From assembly GCA_001949185.1 (NCBI GenBank), contig BDGG01000012.1:488973-552972 (forward strand): a DNA stretch of 64,000 bases, in the 5' to 3' direction. Positions 63,961 to 64,000 of the stretch are shown piece by piece. Position numbers and translations under genes: made by a program. Below the pieces are notes generated by a model that saw nothing but the letters and a program-made list of their open reading frames with translations, was not told the DNA's origin and made no database searches. Origin of the DNA: Ramazzottius varieornatus (lineage: Eukaryota; Animalia; Tardigrada). Each line of letters opens with the position of its first letter. Positions within the stretch are counted from its first letter, which is position 1.

Positions 63961-64000
63961 TGCGCGAAAGAGTACAGATTTCACCATTTATATCGGCTAC

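Overview
Gene-dense eukaryotic (metazoan) DNA with short GT-AG introns and many head-to-head gene pairs. The compact style suggests a tardigrade such as Ramazzottius, but that is inference only. I reconstructed about 27 protein genes by hand-splicing: TSEN34, RPL14, SMPD1, PHB2, a globin, SLC35B2, TPI, YPEL, SANBR-like, ACP5, MIPEP, a MATH-BTB gene, FAM166-like, PIGO, MRPL42, two tandem ABHD11 copies, PKI, eIF3j, TRAPPC4, NOSIP, TMF1 and several orphans. Features the ORF track misses: (1) a palindromic ~125-bp element with a mostly 47-bp hairpin core at 13 loci, all intronic, four of them dimers sharing one junction; (2) a complete U85-type composite C/D-H/ACA scaRNA in PHB2 intron 6; (3) two U49-like C/D snoRNAs in RPL14 introns; (4) a three-exon PKI gene and a SUMO-like gene lacking di-Gly; (5) two microbial-looking genes; (6) further MITEs, one inserted into a splice donor. 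All homology calls come from motif recognition, not database searches, and exon boundaries were read by eye.
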